Shown: piece after piece, positions 9,941-26,460 of the stretch
How positions within the stretch are numbered: the stretch's first letter is position 1
Layout of the letters: each line of letters opens with the position of its first letter
NCBI GenBank assembly: GCA_028293745.1
Contig: JAQGOF010000248.1
Location: forward strand, 4,177-68,176
DNA from: Gammaproteobacteria bacterium
GTDB taxonomy: Bacteria > Pseudomonadota > Gammaproteobacteria > Steroidobacterales > Steroidobacteraceae
Reading direction: 5' to 3'
DNA length: 64,000 bases
Program-made: the position numbers and the translations under genes
Notes under the pieces: generated by a model
What the model saw: only the letters and a program-made list of their open reading frames with translations
What the model was told of the DNA's origin: nothing
The model's database searches: none

Positions 9941-9978
9941 CCGGCGCGCAGCGCAGCCCATGAGAAGAGACTTAACCT

Positions 9979-10467
9979 ATGATCAAATTTGAGACATCCC
10001 ACGGCAGTTTCACGGTCGAGCTGTTCGCCAAGGAAGCGCCGCTCAGTGCCGAGAATTTCCAGAAATACGTCGATGACAAGTACTTCGACGGTACGATTTT
10101 CCACCGGATCATCCCGAACTTCATGATCCAGGGCGGCGGAATGACCACCGACTTCGCCAACAAGGAAACGCGCCCGTCCATCAAGAACGAGGCCAAGAAT
10201 GGCCTCAAGAACACCCGCGGTACCTTGTCGATGGCGCGAACGAGCGATATCAACAGCGCAACGTCGCAGTTCTTCGTCAACCTCGTCGACAACGCTTTCC
10301 TGGACAATGGTCCCCGCGACTACGGGTATGCCGTGTTCGGACGCGTGACTGAGGGCATGGATACCGTCGACAAGATTGCGGCGGTTAAGACCGGCCGGCG
10401 CAAGGGATATCAGGATGCGCCCATGGAAGACGTTGTGATCGTGTCCGCGCGTACCGTCGAGAAGTAA
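9979..10467 (+). CDS. ppiB: Cytoplasmic cyclophilin-type peptidyl-prolyl isomerase
   Basis: 162 aa with the cyclophilin core FHRIIPNFMIQGGG...GTLSMAR. No signal peptide. Confidence 0.9.
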   Translation: MIKFETSHGSFTVELFAKEAPLSAENFQKYVDDKYFDGTIFHRIIPNFMIQGGGMTTDFANKETRPSIKNEAKNGLKNTRGTLSMARTSDINSATSQFFVNLVDNAFLDNGPRDYGYAVFGRVTEGMDTVDKIAAVKTGRRKGYQDAPMEDVVIVSARTVEK

Positions 10468-10483
10468 TCGGGTCAGCCGTTTC

Positions 10484-11248
10484 GTGGGGCCGTCGCGCCG
10501 AGCTCAGCAAGGAAGCGTTGTGGGTCGGCTTCTGAAATGGATCGTCCTTGGGATCCTGGCATGCGCAGTGCCGTCCGTCATGGTCGTACTGGCTTTTCGG
10601 TGGATTGACCCACCGACCAGTGCGTTCATGTTGGAAACGCGCCTTCGGGCCATGTCCGAAGGCGATCGGACCTACCGCATCGACTACGAATGGGTGAATC
10701 TCGAGCGCATCTCCTCGCATGCGGCGATTGCAGTCATCGCGTCCGAGGACCAGCAGTTCCCCTTCCATGCGGGTTTCGACCTGAACTCCATCCGCGAGTC
10801 AGTCCGCGCCAGTGAGAGAGGCAAGAAGCTGCGTGGGGCGAGCACGATTTCCCAACAGGTCGCCAAAAACCTGTTTCTTTGGAATGGGCGCAGCTTCGTG
10901 CGTAAGGGAGTCGAGGCGTGGATGACCGTGCTCATTGAGCTCACGTGGCCGAAGGAGCGCATCCTCGAGGTCTATCTCAACATCGTGGAGTTGGGCAAAG
11001 GCATTTACGGCATGGAGGCGGCGGCGCGCCGCTTCTATCACAAGCCAGCCGCACGCCTGACCTCCAGCGAGGCGGCCGTGCTCGCCGCGGTGCTGCCGAA
11101 TCCTATTCGCATGCATGCCGACAGGCCGTCAGCATACGTGCTCGAGCGGCGTGACTGGATACTCGGGCAGATGCGGGCACTCGGCGGCGCCTCCTACTTA
11201 CAGGCCGTGGAGAAAGAAAAGGAATCGCGCCCGCGCCCGCACTCCTGA
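10484..11248 (+). CDS. mtgA: Monofunctional peptidoglycan glycosyltransferase
   Basis: GT51 motifs ASEDQQFPFHAGFD and GASTISQQVAKNLFL, plus an N-terminal TM. Start uncertain: GTG 10484, or GTG 10520 preceded by GGAAG. Confidence 0.85.
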   Translation: MGPSRRAQQGSVVGRLLKWIVLGILACAVPSVMVVLAFRWIDPPTSAFMLETRLRAMSEGDRTYRIDYEWVNLERISSHAAIAVIASEDQQFPFHAGFDLNSIRESVRASERGKKLRGASTISQQVAKNLFLWNGRSFVRKGVEAWMTVLIELTWPKERILEVYLNIVELGKGIYGMEAAARRFYHKPAARLTSSEAAVLAAVLPNPIRMHADRPSAYVLERRDWILGQMRALGGASYLQAVEKEKESRPRPHS

Positions 11249-11260
11249 GCGCCGGCCACC

Positions 11261-16985
<5,725 letters not shown>

Positions 16986-16988
16986 TCA

Positions 16989-17012
16989 TTAAAGAATTGC
17001 ACAAATCTTTAA
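16989..17012. promoter_or_regulatory. Palindrome TTAAAGA-N10-TCTTTAA, 4 nt upstream of the sahR-like start codon; candidate auto-operator
   Basis: Read directly: ttaaagaattgcacaaatctttaa. It is AT-rich within GC-rich DNA and sits in the only leader of the sahR-metF-metH operon. Confidence 0.3.
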
Positions 17013-17039
17013 TTACTGCACAGGACTTTTCGCAACGAC

Positions 17040-17069
17040 CCACCCTTGAGCAAATTGACTCAAGGGTGG
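17040..17069. other. Perfect 11-bp inverted repeat with 8-nt spacer (hslO terminator hairpin or operator)
   Basis: ccacccttgag-caaattga-ctcaagggtgg, 24 nt downstream of the hslO stop and 55-85 nt upstream of the sahR-like start. No flanking T/U tract on either strand. Confidence 0.35.
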
Positions 17070-17092
17070 AACAGTAATCGCCAGGAGAGCCG

Positions 17093-18040
17093 TCAGTGGA
17101 TCGAGGGTGACCCGCGAGGATGATCGGGATCGGAGAACAGCGCTTCGACGTCCACCGCCTCAAACCGATAAGGCCGGTGGCAGAACTCACAGGTCACGGT
17201 GACAGCGCCCTGCTCCTGCAGAATCTCACGGACCTCTTCGGCCCCGAGTGCGCGCAGCAATCCGGAAACCCTCCCCTGGTTGCAGCGGCATTCGAACTGC
17301 ACTGGTGTGCCGCGGAACAGGCGCATGTCGTGCTCCGCGAATCCCCGCTCGAGCAATTCCTCGACAGGGCGTTCGAGCAAGTCGGCTGCGCTCAGCTTTT
17401 CGATACCGCGTTGCGCATCCTTCCACGTCTCTTCGAGTTCGGATTCGTCGGCCTTGGATGCACCGGGCACCTTCTGAACCAGGAACCCCGCACCCCGCTC
17501 ATCATCAGCAGCGAGGATCAAGCGAGTCGGCAGCTGCTCAGATGACGCGAAGTAAGCCTCGAGCGAATCAGCCAGCGAGCCACCGCGAAGTGGCACGACA
17601 CCCTGATATCGCATGCTCCGCTCGTCCGCCTCAACCGTTACCGCCACGCGCCCCGTAGTCCCCACGAGCTGCCGAAACGTCTGTGCGTCACGCTTTGACG
17701 TGGCCGAAGACGTGGCCGAAATTGCGTCAACCCGCTCTTCATCAAACCGCGCAACCGCCCGCAGCCGAAAGTCGTGCGTACACTGCGCGACGAGCAAGCT
17801 GATTGCCCCATCGCCTTGCAGTTGCAGCGTCAAGGTCCCACGAAACTTCAGCGTCGCCGCCAGAAGCACCGAAGCGGCGACCGCCTGCCCAAGCAGCTCC
17901 CGAACAGGCTGCGGGTAATCCGAATGCGCGCACAACTCCCGCCAAGCCGCGTCCAAGCGCACCCAGTGCCCCCGAACCGGCCGATTCTCAACGATAAACC
18001 GACGGACCTCGTCGCCCGCCCGCTTGGTCTGTTCATTCAT
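17093..18040 (-). CDS. hslO: Redox-regulated chaperone Hsp33
   Basis: ORF 17093..18076 trimmed to ATG 18040 (MNEQTKRAGD...). C-terminal zinc centre CxC...CxxC (FECRCNQ ... CEFCHRPY). Confidence 0.9.
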   Translation of the reverse strand: MNEQTKRAGDEVRRFIVENRPVRGHWVRLDAAWRELCAHSDYPQPVRELLGQAVAASVLLAATLKFRGTLTLQLQGDGAISLLVAQCTHDFRLRAVARFDEERVDAISATSSATSKRDAQTFRQLVGTTGRVAVTVEADERSMRYQGVVPLRGGSLADSLEAYFASSEQLPTRLILAADDERGAGFLVQKVPGASKADESELEETWKDAQRGIEKLSAADLLERPVEELLERGFAEHDMRLFRGTPVQFECRCNQGRVSGLLRALGAEEVREILQEQGAVTVTCEFCHRPYRFEAVDVEALFSDPDHPRGSPSIH

Positions 18041-18148
18041 GCCCCCGAGGATGGGGCACGAAGCGCCGCAACTCAACCCGCCCTCTTTTCCCTGCCGGGT
18101 CAGTCAGCGCCCTACTCAGGTACGAGCGCGCACCAAGGGCGTCGCGAG

Positions 18149-18210
18149 CTCGTAGGGTGGGCGGCCGGGCGTGCGCCTTGTTCCTCCCGCCCGGCTGAAC
18201 GCCCTACGAG
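18149..18210. repeat. Imperfect 62-nt palindromic (REP-like) element between gatB and hslO
   Basis: ctcgtaggg (18149-57) pairs with ccctacgag (18202-10), and gccgggc (18164-70) pairs with gcccggc (18189-95). Further GCCCTAC copies start at about 18108 and 18251. Confidence 0.35.
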
Positions 18211-18253
18211 TTCGGGGCGCCCGCCGCTAGGCAATACTTCGGCTCTTGAGGCC

Positions 18254-19690
18254 CTACCCCGGCAGCTTCTTCTTCAACAACTCATTAAGCTGCGCAGGGT
18301 TAGCCTTCCCCCCCGTAGCCTTCATAACCTGCCCCACAAAAAACCCAAACAGCTTGTCCTTCCCCGCCCGGAAATCCGCCAACTGCCCCGGATTCTTCGC
18401 CATCACCTCATCAATGGCCTTCTCGATCGCCGACGTATCGGTAATCTGCTTCAGCCCCTTCTCCTCGATGATGGCATCCGCCGACGTCCCACTGGCCCAC
18501 ATCGCCTCGAACACCTCCTTGGCGATCTTCCCCGAAATCGTCTGATCGGCAATCCGCTTCAACAGTCCAGCCAACCCAGAGGCAGGCAGCTTGCCCGCAT
18601 CAATTTCCAACCCATCCTTGTTCAACGCAGCCGCCAACTCCCCCATCACCCAGTTCGCCGCCAACTTGGGCTCCTTCGGGACGTCCCGAGTCACCGCCTC
18701 ATAGTAGTCAGCAAGCTCGCGGCTAGCCGTCAGCACACCCGCGTCATAAGGCGAGAGTCCGTACTCACTGCTGAAACGCACAGCCTTCTGATCCGGCAGC
18801 TCCGGCAGCGTCCCCCGAACCGACTCGACAAACTTGTCGTCCAGCTCCACCGGCAACAGATCCGGGTCCGGAAAATACCGGTAGTCGTTCGCCTCTTCCT
18901 TCGACCGCATCGGGCGCGTCTCACCCTTGTCAGGGTCATACAGACGCGTCTCTTGGTGCACCTTGCCGCCGGACTCCAGCAGATCGATTTGCCGCGCCAC
19001 CTCGTAGTTGATGGCCTTCTCGACGAACCGGAACGAATTGAGGTTCTTGATCTCCGCGCGCGTGCCGAACTTTTCAGTGCCCTGGCGCCGCACCGACACG
19101 TTGGCATCACAGCGGAACGAGCCTTCCTGCATGTTGCCGTCACAGATCTCGAGATAGCGCACCAGCGTGTGCACTTTCTTCATGTACGCAATGGCTTCCT
19201 TGGCGGAGCGCATGTCGGGTTCCGACACGATCTCCACGAGCGGCGTGCCAGCACGATTCAGATCGATGCCGGTCACACCGGGCAACCCCTCGTGCAACGA
19301 CTTTCCCGCATCCTCTTCGAGATGCGCGCGCGTGACACCCACTCGCTTCTTCGTACCGTCATCGAGAACGATGTCGATCGAGCCGCCCGCCACGATCGGC
19401 AGCTCGTACTGGCTGATCTGGTAACCCTTCGGAAGATCCGGGTAGAAATAGTTCTTCCGCGCAAACACCGAGTGAGGCGCAACCCGCGCACCGATCGCCA
19501 GGCCGAATTTCACGGCCATGCGCACAGCATCGCCATTCAACACAGGCAGCACGCCCGGATACCCCAGGTCCACCAGGTTGGCCTGCGCATTCGGCGGAGC
19601 ACCATAAGCCGTCGGCGACCCCGAGAAAATCTTCGACCGGGTTGCGAGCTGCGCGTGAATCTCCAGCCCGATCACAGTCTCCCATGTCAT
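18254..19690 (-). CDS. gatB: Asp/Glu-tRNA amidotransferase subunit B
   Basis: ORF trimmed to ATG 19690 ([24 protein letters not shown]). 478 aa, downstream of gatA. Confidence 0.95.
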   Translation of the reverse strand: MTWETVIGLEIHAQLATRSKIFSGSPTAYGAPPNAQANLVDLGYPGVLPVLNGDAVRMAVKFGLAIGARVAPHSVFARKNYFYPDLPKGYQISQYELPIVAGGSIDIVLDDGTKKRVGVTRAHLEEDAGKSLHEGLPGVTGIDLNRAGTPLVEIVSEPDMRSAKEAIAYMKKVHTLVRYLEICDGNMQEGSFRCDANVSVRRQGTEKFGTRAEIKNLNSFRFVEKAINYEVARQIDLLESGGKVHQETRLYDPDKGETRPMRSKEEANDYRYFPDPDLLPVELDDKFVESVRGTLPELPDQKAVRFSSEYGLSPYDAGVLTASRELADYYEAVTRDVPKEPKLAANWVMGELAAALNKDGLEIDAGKLPASGLAGLLKRIADQTISGKIAKEVFEAMWASGTSADAIIEEKGLKQITDTSAIEKAIDEVMAKNPGQLADFRAGKDKLFGFFVGQVMKATGGKANPAQLNELLKKKLPG

Positions 19691-19700
19691 GGGCTGCGCC

Positions 19701-21155
19701 TCATTTGAACTCCTCCGGTACCTTCGTGTGCCAGTCCGTCTCCCGCTGGAACACATGCGCCGCGTTCAACAGCTTGCCTTCGCTGAAATGGGGGCCCACG
19801 ATCTGCAAACCAACTGGCAGGCCTTGCGCGAATCCACAGGGAATCGACATGGCAGGCAGTCCCGCCAGGTTGGCGCCAATCGTGTAGATATCGTTCAGAT
19901 ACATCGTGATCGGGTCAGACGTTTTCGCACCGATGGCAAAAGCCGGCGTCGGTGTGGTCGGCCCCATCAACACATCCACTTCGGAGAAGGCGCGCTTGAA
20001 GTCCGCAGAGATCAGCTGGCGCACCTTCTGGGCCTTCAGGTAATAGGCATCGTAGTAACCCGCCGAGAGGACGTAAGTCCCCGTCATGATGCGGCGTTTC
20101 ACCTCGGCGCCGAATCCTTCGCCGCGCGAGCGCTTGTACAGATCCATCAGATCGCGTGGATCCTTGGCGCGGTGTCCAAACCGTACGCCATCGAACCGCG
20201 CAAGGTTCGACGAGCACTCCGCCGGCGCTACCACGTAGTACGCGGGAACTGACAACGGCAGATTAGGCAGGCTCACCTCGCGCAAGGTCGCGCCGAGCCG
20301 CTCATATATGGCGAGCGCTTCGCGGATGCGTTTCTCGCTCTCCGCATCCAGACCCTTGTCGAAGAATTCCTTCAGTAGTCCGATCTTCAGTCCGGCCAGC
20401 GGCGCGTCGAGCCCTGCCAGGTAGTCCGGAACCGGCATGTCAACGCTGGTGGAGTCGTTGGCATCGAAACCAGACATCTCTCGCAGTATCAGTGCAGCGT
20501 CCTCAGCGGTGGCTGCAATCACTCCACCCTGATCGAGACTGGATGCGAACGCGATCATGCCGTAACGGGACACCCGCCCGTACGTCGGCTTCACGCCGGT
20601 GACTCCGCACAAGGCCGCGGGCTGGCGGATGGACCCGCCCGTGTCAGTCGCTGTCGCAGCAGGAATCAGCCGCGCTGCGACCGCCGCCGCGGACCCGCCT
20701 GATGACCCACCGGGCACCAGGTCCGTGTTCCAGGGATTGCGTACAGGTCCAAAGTAGCTCGTCTCGTTGGAAGAGCCCATCGCGAACTCATCCATGTTCG
20801 ATTTGGCGAGCGTGATCGCGCCCGCCGACTTGAGCTTCGCGACCACAGTGGCGTCATATGGCGACACAAAATTGTCGAGCATGTGCGAGCCGCACGTCGT
20901 GAGAACACCTTCCGTGCAGAAGAGGTCCTTGTGCACGATCGGCAGCCCGGCGAGCGGGCCACCGCGCCCGGCAGCGAGCTCCCGGTCCGCCGCCTGTGCA
21001 GCCGCGAGCGCCGGCTCGCGCAGCACGGTAATCATTGCGTTCAGCACGGGTTGGTGCGCATCGATCCTGTCCAGGAACCCGCGCACGAGCTCAACGCTCG
21101 AGAATTCCCTGGCCCGCAGCCCTTTCGAGAGCTGTGCCAGCGTCTTGGTATGCAT
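19701..21155 (-). CDS. gatA: Asp/Glu-tRNA amidotransferase subunit A
   Basis: Amidase signature [15 protein letters not shown] 21155 ([10 protein letters not shown]...) preferred. An alternative GTG at 21167 overlaps the gatC stop. Confidence 0.95.
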   Translation of the reverse strand: MHTKTLAQLSKGLRAREFSSVELVRGFLDRIDAHQPVLNAMITVLREPALAAAQAADRELAAGRGGPLAGLPIVHKDLFCTEGVLTTCGSHMLDNFVSPYDATVVAKLKSAGAITLAKSNMDEFAMGSSNETSYFGPVRNPWNTDLVPGGSSGGSAAAVAARLIPAATATDTGGSIRQPAALCGVTGVKPTYGRVSRYGMIAFASSLDQGGVIAATAEDAALILREMSGFDANDSTSVDMPVPDYLAGLDAPLAGLKIGLLKEFFDKGLDAESEKRIREALAIYERLGATLREVSLPNLPLSVPAYYVVAPAECSSNLARFDGVRFGHRAKDPRDLMDLYKRSRGEGFGAEVKRRIMTGTYVLSAGYYDAYYLKAQKVRQLISADFKRAFSEVDVLMGPTTPTPAFAIGAKTSDPITMYLNDIYTIGANLAGLPAMSIPCGFAQGLPVGLQIVGPHFSEGKLLNAAHVFQRETDWHTKVPEEFK

Positions 21156-21163
21156 GCTCCTGT

Positions 21164-21454
21164 TCACTCGAGTACCTTGGGGACTAAATACAGTCCTGCA
21201 GCCACCTGCGGGGCGTTGCGCTGATAGATCTCGCGACGGTCGGTCTCGGTCGCGACATCGGGGCGCAGGCGCTGCGACAGGCCCGGCAGCGGGTGTGCCA
21301 TCGGGGCGACATTGGCCGTGTCGGCCCTATCGAGCTCGCCGACGAAGTCGAAAATCGCCGACAGGCTTTGCTGATAGACAGGAAGCTCGGCAGGCTGAAG
21401 CGCAAGGCGCGCCAGGTGAGCGATATTTTCGATCTGTTCGCGTGTCAGGAGCAT
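21164..21454 (-). CDS. gatC: Asp/Glu-tRNA amidotransferase subunit C
   Basis: ORF trimmed to ATG 21454 ([19 protein letters not shown]...). 96 aa, typical GatC size. First gene of gatCAB. Confidence 0.9.
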   Translation of the reverse strand: MLLTREQIENIAHLARLALQPAELPVYQQSLSAIFDFVGELDRADTANVAPMAHPLPGLSQRLRPDVATETDRREIYQRNAPQVAAGLYLVPKVLE

Positions 21455-21508
21455 AGGATTTGGTGAGACAACAAATGCGAAAGGCAGCCCAAAATCATAC
21501 ATGTTGCC

Positions 21509-22635
<1,127 letters not shown>

Positions 22636-22656
22636 CGCTGGCGCAGGCGCGTTCGA

Positions 22657-23940
22657 ATGGCCTTCGGCACAGGGGCCAGCTCCGCCAGGGGAGGCTCTCC
22701 CGGTTTTCGCTTCACGATATATGCGACTCTGTCGATCATCATCATGTTCCTCGATCAGCGAGGGGGCTATCTCGAGCAAATCCGCTACGCTCTGAACATA
22801 GCCGCCTACCCCGTCCAGCTCCTGGTCAGCTCACCCTCGACCGCTTGGCGGTGGGTCCATGAAAGCGTCGCAACAAGCGATGCGCTCCGAGCCGAGAACG
22901 AACGCCTGATCACCCGGAACCGCGAGCTCGAGCTCCGGTCCATGCGTTACGAGGCGCTGGCGCACGAAAACGATCAGTTGCGGGGCTTGAAGGACGCTCT
23001 CCCGCCCGTCGCGGAGCGCTGGCTGGTGGCCGAGGTCGTGGATATCCAGCTGAACAGCTTGCGCCAGCGGGTGCTGGTCAACCGGGGAACGCGCAATGGC
23101 GTCTTCAAGGGCCAGGCGGTACTGGATGACAAAGGATTGCTCGGACAGACCACTCACGTGGGCCCGTGGAGCGCAGAAGTCATTCTCATCACCGATCCTG
23201 AGCACGCAGTGCCTGTGCAGATCGAGCGCACCGCCCTGCGGACGATTGCAGTGGGTACGGGCGACACTGCCTCGCTCGCGCTTCCGTATCTGCCCGCTAA
23301 CGCAGACGTGAAGACCGGCGACGTACTCATAACATCGGGTCTCGGAGGAGTGTTCCCGGCCGGATACCCCGTCGGGCGCGTCGTCGAGGTGCACCGCGAC
23401 GCGGTCCAACCTCTGGCTCAAGTACGCGCTAACCCCTTCGCCAGCATGAACATCGACAGAGAAGTCATGCTCGTGTGGTTCCGCGAAGGACATCCGGCAG
23501 CCCCGGTGACCGCTGCGTCGGGCGACGCGAAGGGGGGAAATGCCGGCATGCAACCGCAGGCTGTACCCCCGCGTCCGAAGCCGGCACCGGCTACGGCCAC
23601 CCCCGGCCAGCCGGCCGGCCAATCGACCAAAGGCGCAGCCGCCGCCGGACAGGCCGCTAGTGCGCCTTCTCGGGGCGACGCTGCTGCCGCGCCGCCGGCC
23701 AAGACGCCTCAGGCCAAGCCAGCGCCCACGCCAGTTGCGGAACCAAAGGACGCCGAGGAAGGACCGCCCATCGAGGAGGACATGGCCCCCAAGCCTGAGC
23801 CCAAGGCACCACCGCAGGCCGCAGCTCCGCAGCCCGCCACCCCAAAGCCCTCGCTTACCGCCGCAGCTCCGCCGCCCTCGACCGCAGCCCTGTTCGCGCA
23901 AGCCTCAGCCACCCCACCCCCAACCGCGAGGCTTCCATGA
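22657..23940 (+). CDS. mreC: Rod shape-determining protein MreC with a long Pro/Ala-rich C-terminal tail
   Basis: N-terminal TM, a coiled-coil (ENERLITRNRELELRS) and the MreC beta-barrel core to about aa 278, then ~149 aa of low-complexity P/A/K-rich sequence. The stop overlaps the mreD start. Confidence 0.85.
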   Translation: MAFGTGASSARGGSPGFRFTIYATLSIIIMFLDQRGGYLEQIRYALNIAAYPVQLLVSSPSTAWRWVHESVATSDALRAENERLITRNRELELRSMRYEALAHENDQLRGLKDALPPVAERWLVAEVVDIQLNSLRQRVLVNRGTRNGVFKGQAVLDDKGLLGQTTHVGPWSAEVILITDPEHAVPVQIERTALRTIAVGTGDTASLALPYLPANADVKTGDVLITSGLGGVFPAGYPVGRVVEVHRDAVQPLAQVRANPFASMNIDREVMLVWFREGHPAAPVTAASGDAKGGNAGMQPQAVPPRPKPAPATATPGQPAGQSTKGAAAAGQAASAPSRGDAAAAPPAKTPQAKPAPTPVAEPKDAEEGPPIEEDMAPKPEPKAPPQAAAPQPATPKPSLTAAAPPPSTAALFAQASATPPPTARLP

Positions 23941-24410
23941 ACTCCCAGCCGCGCGGCGCAATGCTCTTTACAGCGTTGATAGCCCTGATCCTGACGGTGC
24001 TCCCGCTCCCGACCTACCTGGCGCTCGTGCGACCGATGTTCCTGGTCCTGACCGTGCTCTACTGGTCCATCGCCTCACCGCGCGCCGGCGGAATCGCACT
24101 GGGCTTTTTCTCGGGCCTCATGCTCGACGTATTTCAAAGCCCGGTACTGGGTGAGCACGCGCTCGCGCTCGCGGTAGTCACCTACGTTGCAGTGCGCGAG
24201 CATCAGAAGATCCGCTCCAAGCCGGCATTTCAGCAATCCTTGATCGTGTTCGCGGTGCTCGTGGCCTACGAATCCATACTCTTTGCGATCGACGGCTGGA
24301 CGCACCACCCGGTCACGAGTCCGCTGCGCTGGACGCACACCCTGACCGGCGCAATTTTCTGGGCTCCCGTGGCGGCAGTCCTCAACGCAACCAACGACCG
24401 ACGTCGGTAA
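23937..24410 (+). CDS. mreD: Rod shape-determining protein MreD
   Basis: 157-aa polytopic membrane protein in the canonical position after mreC. Confidence 0.8.
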   Translation: MNSQPRGAMLFTALIALILTVLPLPTYLALVRPMFLVLTVLYWSIASPRAGGIALGFFSGLMLDVFQSPVLGEHALALAVVTYVAVREHQKIRSKPAFQQSLIVFAVLVAYESILFAIDGWTHHPVTSPLRWTHTLTGAIFWAPVAAVLNATNDRRR

Positions 24411-24428
24411 CGAAAGGACTCTTCCCGC

Positions 24429-26450
24429 ATGGCGCGCGGCGTGCACATCAAAGATCACTGGAGCGAACAGCGCCTGTTTGATCAGCGCGCTATTGTCGCT
24501 GGCGCGATCATCATTCTCTTCACGCTGGGGCTGCTGGGACGCCTGTTCCTGTTGCAGGTGATCCGCCACGATTACTACGCCGACCTGTCGCAGGGCAACC
24601 GGGTTCGCACCGAGCCGATTCCGGCCGCCCGCGGCCTCATTCTCGACCGGCAAGGAGAAGTGGTCGCAGGCAACCAGCCCGCATACCAGCTCGAGTTGGT
24701 TCCCGAGGAAGTGCCCAACCTGAAGGCCGCACTCGATGGCCTGGTCCAACTCGACCTGATTCGTGCGGAAGACGTGGACGAGTTGAAGAAGACGATCCGC
24801 TCCAGACGGGCCTTCGACAGCGTGCCTGTCCGACTGCGCATGTCCGATGAGGATGTCGGAAAGTTCGCCGTACGCCGCTTTGAATTCCAGGGTGTGGACA
24901 TCAGAACGCGCCAGACCCGCTCCTACCCCAACGGTGACATGGGAGTGCACGCGTTGGGCTACGTCGGCGCCATCAGCGAAGCGGACCTTTCGCATATCGA
25001 TCGTGCCGCCTATTCCGGCACTTTCTTGATAGGCAAGCAGGGCGTCGAGAGCGCTTACGAAACAAAGCTTCACGGCGTCAACGGCTCGCGCGAATTACTG
25101 GTCAACGCCCAGGGCCGATCGGTAGACAAGCAAGGCGCGTTTATCCCGACACTAAACACGCATGCGCCGACTGCGGGGGACGACATCGTCCTTGCGATGG
25201 ACCTGAAGGTGCAACGCGCCGCCGAGGATGCATTAGCTGGCAGACGCGGGGCGGTCGTAGCGATCGACCCCAACAACGGCGATGTCATTGCAATGACCAG
25301 CCGGCCCGGATTCGACCCCAACATGTTCGGCCGCGGCATCACGAGAGCCGAGTACGGCGCGCTGAAAGATAGCATCGACACCCCGCTGCTCGACCGTGCG
25401 ATGCGCGGCGTCTATCCGCCGGGCTCGACGGTCAAGCCGGTCATTGCGCTAGCAGGCCTCGCCTATCACCTCGTGGACCCGGACCAGACCCGTTTCTGCG
25501 CAGGGCAGTTTCATCTACCTGGCAGCGCCCACCTGTACCGTGAGGGCAAAGGCGGCCACCACGGCTGGATGAATCTCGTCGAGGCGATCGCGAAATCCTG
25601 CGATGTCTATTTCTACAGCCTGGCTGACACGATCGGGGTGGACCGCATTGCAGCGTTCATGTCGCCCTTCGGATTCGGCAGGACCACCGGCCTCGACATC
25701 AGCGGAGAGCTCAAAGGCCTGTTGCCGACGCGGGAATGGAAAGCCTCGTACTTCAAACGGCCGGCCGACAAAATGTGGTTCCCCGGCGAGACCGTGAACT
25801 TCGGTATCGGACAGGGATATCTGAACGTCACGCCGCTGCAGATGGCGCATTACGTTTCGGTGCTCGCCTCGCGCGGCAAAGTGTGGAAACCCCGGCTGGT
25901 CACCGGCTTCCGCGATGCGCTCAGCGGTAGGTTGGAGCCGCTCGCACCCGTACGTGAGCCTGACGTCACGCTCGCCACCCCGGAGGAGTGGAGCCGGATT
26001 TACGCAGGAATGGTCGGGGCCGTTACGCACGGCACCGCAGCTGGTGCAGTAGGAAAGAACGCCGCGTATCCCATCGCCGGAAAGACAGGCACCGCGCAGG
26101 TGTTCAGTGTCGGTCAGAACGAGAAGTACAACGAGAAAACAGTCTCGGAGCGGTTGCGCGACCACTCCTGGTTCATCGCATTCGCGCCTGCCGACCAACC
26201 CCGCATCGCGTTGGCGGTCATCGTCGAGAACGGTGGCTGGGGTGCCAGCGCGGCAGCTCCGATCGCCCGCAAGGTGTTGGATGCCTACCTGCTCGGTGAC
26301 GACGGCAAACTGAAGCCGTCCGGGGCGATTGGTCGGTCGATATTGCCGACAACGAAACCAGTGGAGCCGCCACAAGCCCCCGTCCCGGGTCAGAAGCGCG
26401 CTGACACCGGCCCAATTGACTCAGCGGGCGGGGTGAAATCCCCTCCTTGA
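24429..26450 (+). CDS. mrdA: Penicillin-binding protein 2 (elongasome transpeptidase)
   Basis: 673 aa with an N-terminal TM, SxxK (GSTVKP) and KTG (GKTGTAQ). Followed by rodA. Confidence 0.92.
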   Translation: MARGVHIKDHWSEQRLFDQRAIVAGAIIILFTLGLLGRLFLLQVIRHDYYADLSQGNRVRTEPIPAARGLILDRQGEVVAGNQPAYQLELVPEEVPNLKAALDGLVQLDLIRAEDVDELKKTIRSRRAFDSVPVRLRMSDEDVGKFAVRRFEFQGVDIRTRQTRSYPNGDMGVHALGYVGAISEADLSHIDRAAYSGTFLIGKQGVESAYETKLHGVNGSRELLVNAQGRSVDKQGAFIPTLNTHAPTAGDDIVLAMDLKVQRAAEDALAGRRGAVVAIDPNNGDVIAMTSRPGFDPNMFGRGITRAEYGALKDSIDTPLLDRAMRGVYPPGSTVKPVIALAGLAYHLVDPDQTRFCAGQFHLPGSAHLYREGKGGHHGWMNLVEAIAKSCDVYFYSLADTIGVDRIAAFMSPFGFGRTTGLDISGELKGLLPTREWKASYFKRPADKMWFPGETVNFGIGQGYLNVTPLQMAHYVSVLASRGKVWKPRLVTGFRDALSGRLEPLAPVREPDVTLATPEEWSRIYAGMVGAVTHGTAAGAVGKNAAYPIAGKTGTAQVFSVGQNEKYNEKTVSERLRDHSWFIAFAPADQPRIALAVIVENGGWGASAAAPIARKVLDAYLLGDDGKLKPSGAIGRSILPTTKPVEPPQAPVPGQKRADTGPIDSAGGVKSPP

Positions 26451-26460
26451 TGTAGCAGAT

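Noticed and set aside
16986-17092. Possible SAM/SAH or cobalamin riboswitch controlling metF-metH
   Set aside because: The leader is only ~107 nt, and I cannot recognise any riboswitch core (no B12-box-like element). A protein regulator (SahR-like) is encoded instead. Covariance-model scanning would settle it.
17774-19708. 644-aa plus-strand ORF, the longest non-annotated ORF in the window
   Set aside because: It is entirely antisense to hslO/gatB, both of which have diagnostic motifs. Its translation is R/L/P-rich low-complexity sequence typical of shadow ORFs in high-GC DNA.
22831-23901. 356-aa minus-strand ORF opposite mreC
   Set aside because: It is generated by the G/C-rich Pro/Ala-coding tail of mreC. 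It gives Gly/Arg-rich nonsense with no start context.
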